A stretch of 64,000 nucleotides of DNA from Alphaproteobacteria bacterium (GTDB lineage Bacteria; Pseudomonadota; Alphaproteobacteria; GCA-2731375). Below, in pieces: positions 62,435 through 64,000 of this stretch (the first letter of the stretch is position 1; each line of letters opens with the position of its first letter). The notes under the pieces are model-generated. The model did not search any database, was not told the origin of the DNA, and worked only from the letters and a program-made list of their open reading frames with translations. Both the position numbers and the translations under genes were made by a program. The DNA is taken from assembly GCA_965225945.1 (NCBI GenBank), contig CBDDBZ010000026.1, positions 92,771 to 156,770 of the forward strand, in the 5' to 3' direction.

Positions 62435-62702
62435 TTCGATTAAGCCAATTCTGTGTCCAAGGAAATCGGGTCCGACTCACAAGTAGGAATATCCCTTGTC
62501 TCTGCTAAAGCGTACTTCGAAGAGTTTATGAAAACACTTGAGAGGCCAGAGCTAGCGGCATCATTACTAGCGACCATCACTAGTGCTCGCGGCCTGGCAT
62601 TCCCGTCAAACCAATCTTCGTAGAATGGACGCTATGCTTCCTTAATCGGGAAAAAGGGGACAGAAAAAGGGGACATGCTACTTTTCTGGCGTCTTGCGCG
62701 GT

Positions 62703-62802
62703 GGGATTACGGTGACAGAGGATTACGGTGCAGGGATTACCAGGGATTACCAGGGATTACGGTGGATTACGGTGACGGTGGATTACGGTGACAGTGCACT
62801 CA
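62703..62802. repeat. Tandem GGATTAC(GGT/CAG) array, 7 GATTAC units, ending in the RAYT-flanking IR
   Basis: Read directly; ends ATTACGGTGACAGTGCACTCA. Confidence 0.9.
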
Positions 62803-63475
62803 TTTCCCTCCCTCGGTGTTCGACTTTGGTTTCCGGCCAGGTTTTCGCGGCGTGATGCGACGGCCGACGAGGGCTTCGATCGTCTCGATAAATGTCGTGC
62901 CGCCGACGGGGCGCCCGATACGTTCCGCGCGGCGTAGCCGGTCATGCACGGCGTCGTCCCCCTCGCCCCCCGCCAGCAGGGCGGCCACGTCGGGGAACCG
63001 TCGAGCGACGGGACCGGGTGTCGTGGCGCCGTCGTCGCGGCCCGAAAGATGCGCATGCACGCTGGACCCTCCCGCGCGCGCTCGATCAGCCGGGCCCGCA
63101 CGGGATTGAGCAGGACATAGCGCACCGCTGCCGCCAGATGCGCCTCATCCATCGCCACCGCGCCGAAACGGCCCTGCCAGAAGTGGCCGCTACGTTCCAG
63201 CCGCGCGAGAATTCGCCCGGCATGGGGGCGCGATGCACGCGGGCGAGCGCGCGTCGCAGCCCGTCCGGATCGGCGGGCACGAGGATCAGATGAACGTGGT
63301 TGGGCATCAGACACCAGGCCCAGACCTCAACCTCGGCGGCCCGGCACTCGCGGCCGAGCAGACCGCGGTAGAAGAGGTAATCCTCGTCGTCGAAGAACGT
63401 CTGCTGCCGACCGTTACCGCGTTGGGTCACGTGATGCGGGATACCGGGGACGACGATGCGGGCAAGGCGGGCCAT
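62800..63475 (-). pseudogene. RAYT (REP-associated tyrosine/HUH) transposase, frameshifted twice
   Basis: MARLAR..HHVTQRGNGRQ..CLMPNHVHLI / GHFWQGRF..RYVLLNPVRA / KPGRK in three frames. Confidence 0.88.
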
Positions 63476-63511
63476 GCGCGAAGCCTCCCTCGGCGCGGAA
63501 AATTTGTCAAT

Positions 63512-63557
63512 TGAGTGCACTGTCACCGTAATTCCCACCGTAATTCCACCGTAATTC
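63512..63557. repeat. Inverted copy of RAYT-flanking repeat plus tandem CACCGTAATTC units
   Basis: TGAGTGCACTGTCACCGTAAT followed by two more CACCGTAATTC. Confidence 0.9.
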
Positions 63558-63721
63558 GGGCGTTGATTTCATTGGCTGTTTCGGGGCTGGGGGAGGCACC
63601 CTTTTTGAACAGGCACAAATGGGAATTCCTAATAAAGAAGTCGGTTGCATTCCGGAAATTCGATCTTACATGAACAGGCCGAGGCCTATATTGATGTCAA
63701 GACGTTACCGGAGACAGACCG

Positions 63722-63916
63722 ATGACATCCACTGGAACAAGACAACAACGGTTAGAAGAAGCTCAACAGCGCGCCGAAGCGCGCAAAGACATGAACTTTG
63801 AAATGCGCCAAGTCGAGGCGCTTGAGCTAATTGCCGAAACTTTGGTTGAGGTCAACCACAAACTCGGCGGAATTCAGGATGCCATCGTCCAGATCAACGA
63901 AAAGACGTTGCTCTAG
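63722..63916 (+). CDS. Small helical hypothetical protein
   Basis: GGAG RBS, 64-aa ORF. Confidence 0.45.
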   Translation: MTSTGTRQQRLEEAQQRAEARKDMNFEMRQVEALELIAETLVEVNHKLGGIQDAIVQINEKTLL

Positions 63917-64000
63917 AAATCGTCGCCGATGGTGACGTATCGTCGTGAAGTGTACCGAGAAAGGGGAAGCGTACCTTACAACATTTCATCGCTCCCATGA

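Larger units (their letters stand above)
61060..62479 (-). mobile_element. IS3/IS481-like two-ORF element
   Basis: TIRs TG..TCCTTGGACACA; 14-bp TSD CAAGTAGGAATATC at 61046 and 62480. Confidence 0.92.
59832..62623 (+). pseudogene. Low-GC protein with coiled coil and C-terminal PD-(D/E)xK-like nuclease; frameshift near 60190 and IS insertion
   Basis: ELE..V...L..LG, MEAKG, LRQL, KGILFGN; tail 62494..62623 rejoins in frame after IS removal. Confidence 0.65.

Noticed and set aside
57240-62623. MTase plus nuclease as a cognate restriction-modification system
   Set aside because: The MTase is inside IS66 TIRs with high GC, while the nuclease is outside with low GC; proximity is likely incidental
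62703-62802. CRISPR array
   Set aside because: Units are about 10-16 bp with no unique spacers and no cas genes; the same applies to the 22-bp repeat at 14169

Overview
GC-rich alphaproteobacterial (Rhodospirillales-like, inferred from gene content) chromosomal window. A housekeeping and metabolic core (speD-speE, recR-ybaB-dnaX-ffs, phhB, thpR, CoA-transferases, Rieske oxygenase, giant AsmA, SdhA-like flavoprotein, hydantoinase A/B, aminotransferase, tRNA-Thr(CGT), tRNA-Gly(CCC)) is heavily invaded by mobile DNA: 3 IS256, 3 single-ORF IS66 (one carrying a DNA adenine methyltransferase), IS1595, an IS3-like element with a 14-bp duplication, and RAYT (HUH/Y1) remnants with tandem REP-like repeats. 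Element ends and target-site duplications (TSDs) were read by eye from the sequence. Most notable: (1) a 755-bp transposase-less IS1595-type cassette (43-bp perfect TIRs, 8-bp TSD, passenger gene, 48-bp segment shared with an IS66) that splits a cupin gene, with scrambled pieces of the same element between another 8-bp duplication inside asmA; (2) the IS66-methyltransferase unit; (3) telomere-like GATTAC arrays flanking a RAYT; (4) tRNA 3' fragments stacked behind tRNA-Thr; (5) a highly structured intergenic RNA candidate. Many genes carry frameshifts or nonsense codons (genome erosion or consensus error). No database searches were run; family calls rest on recognised motifs.
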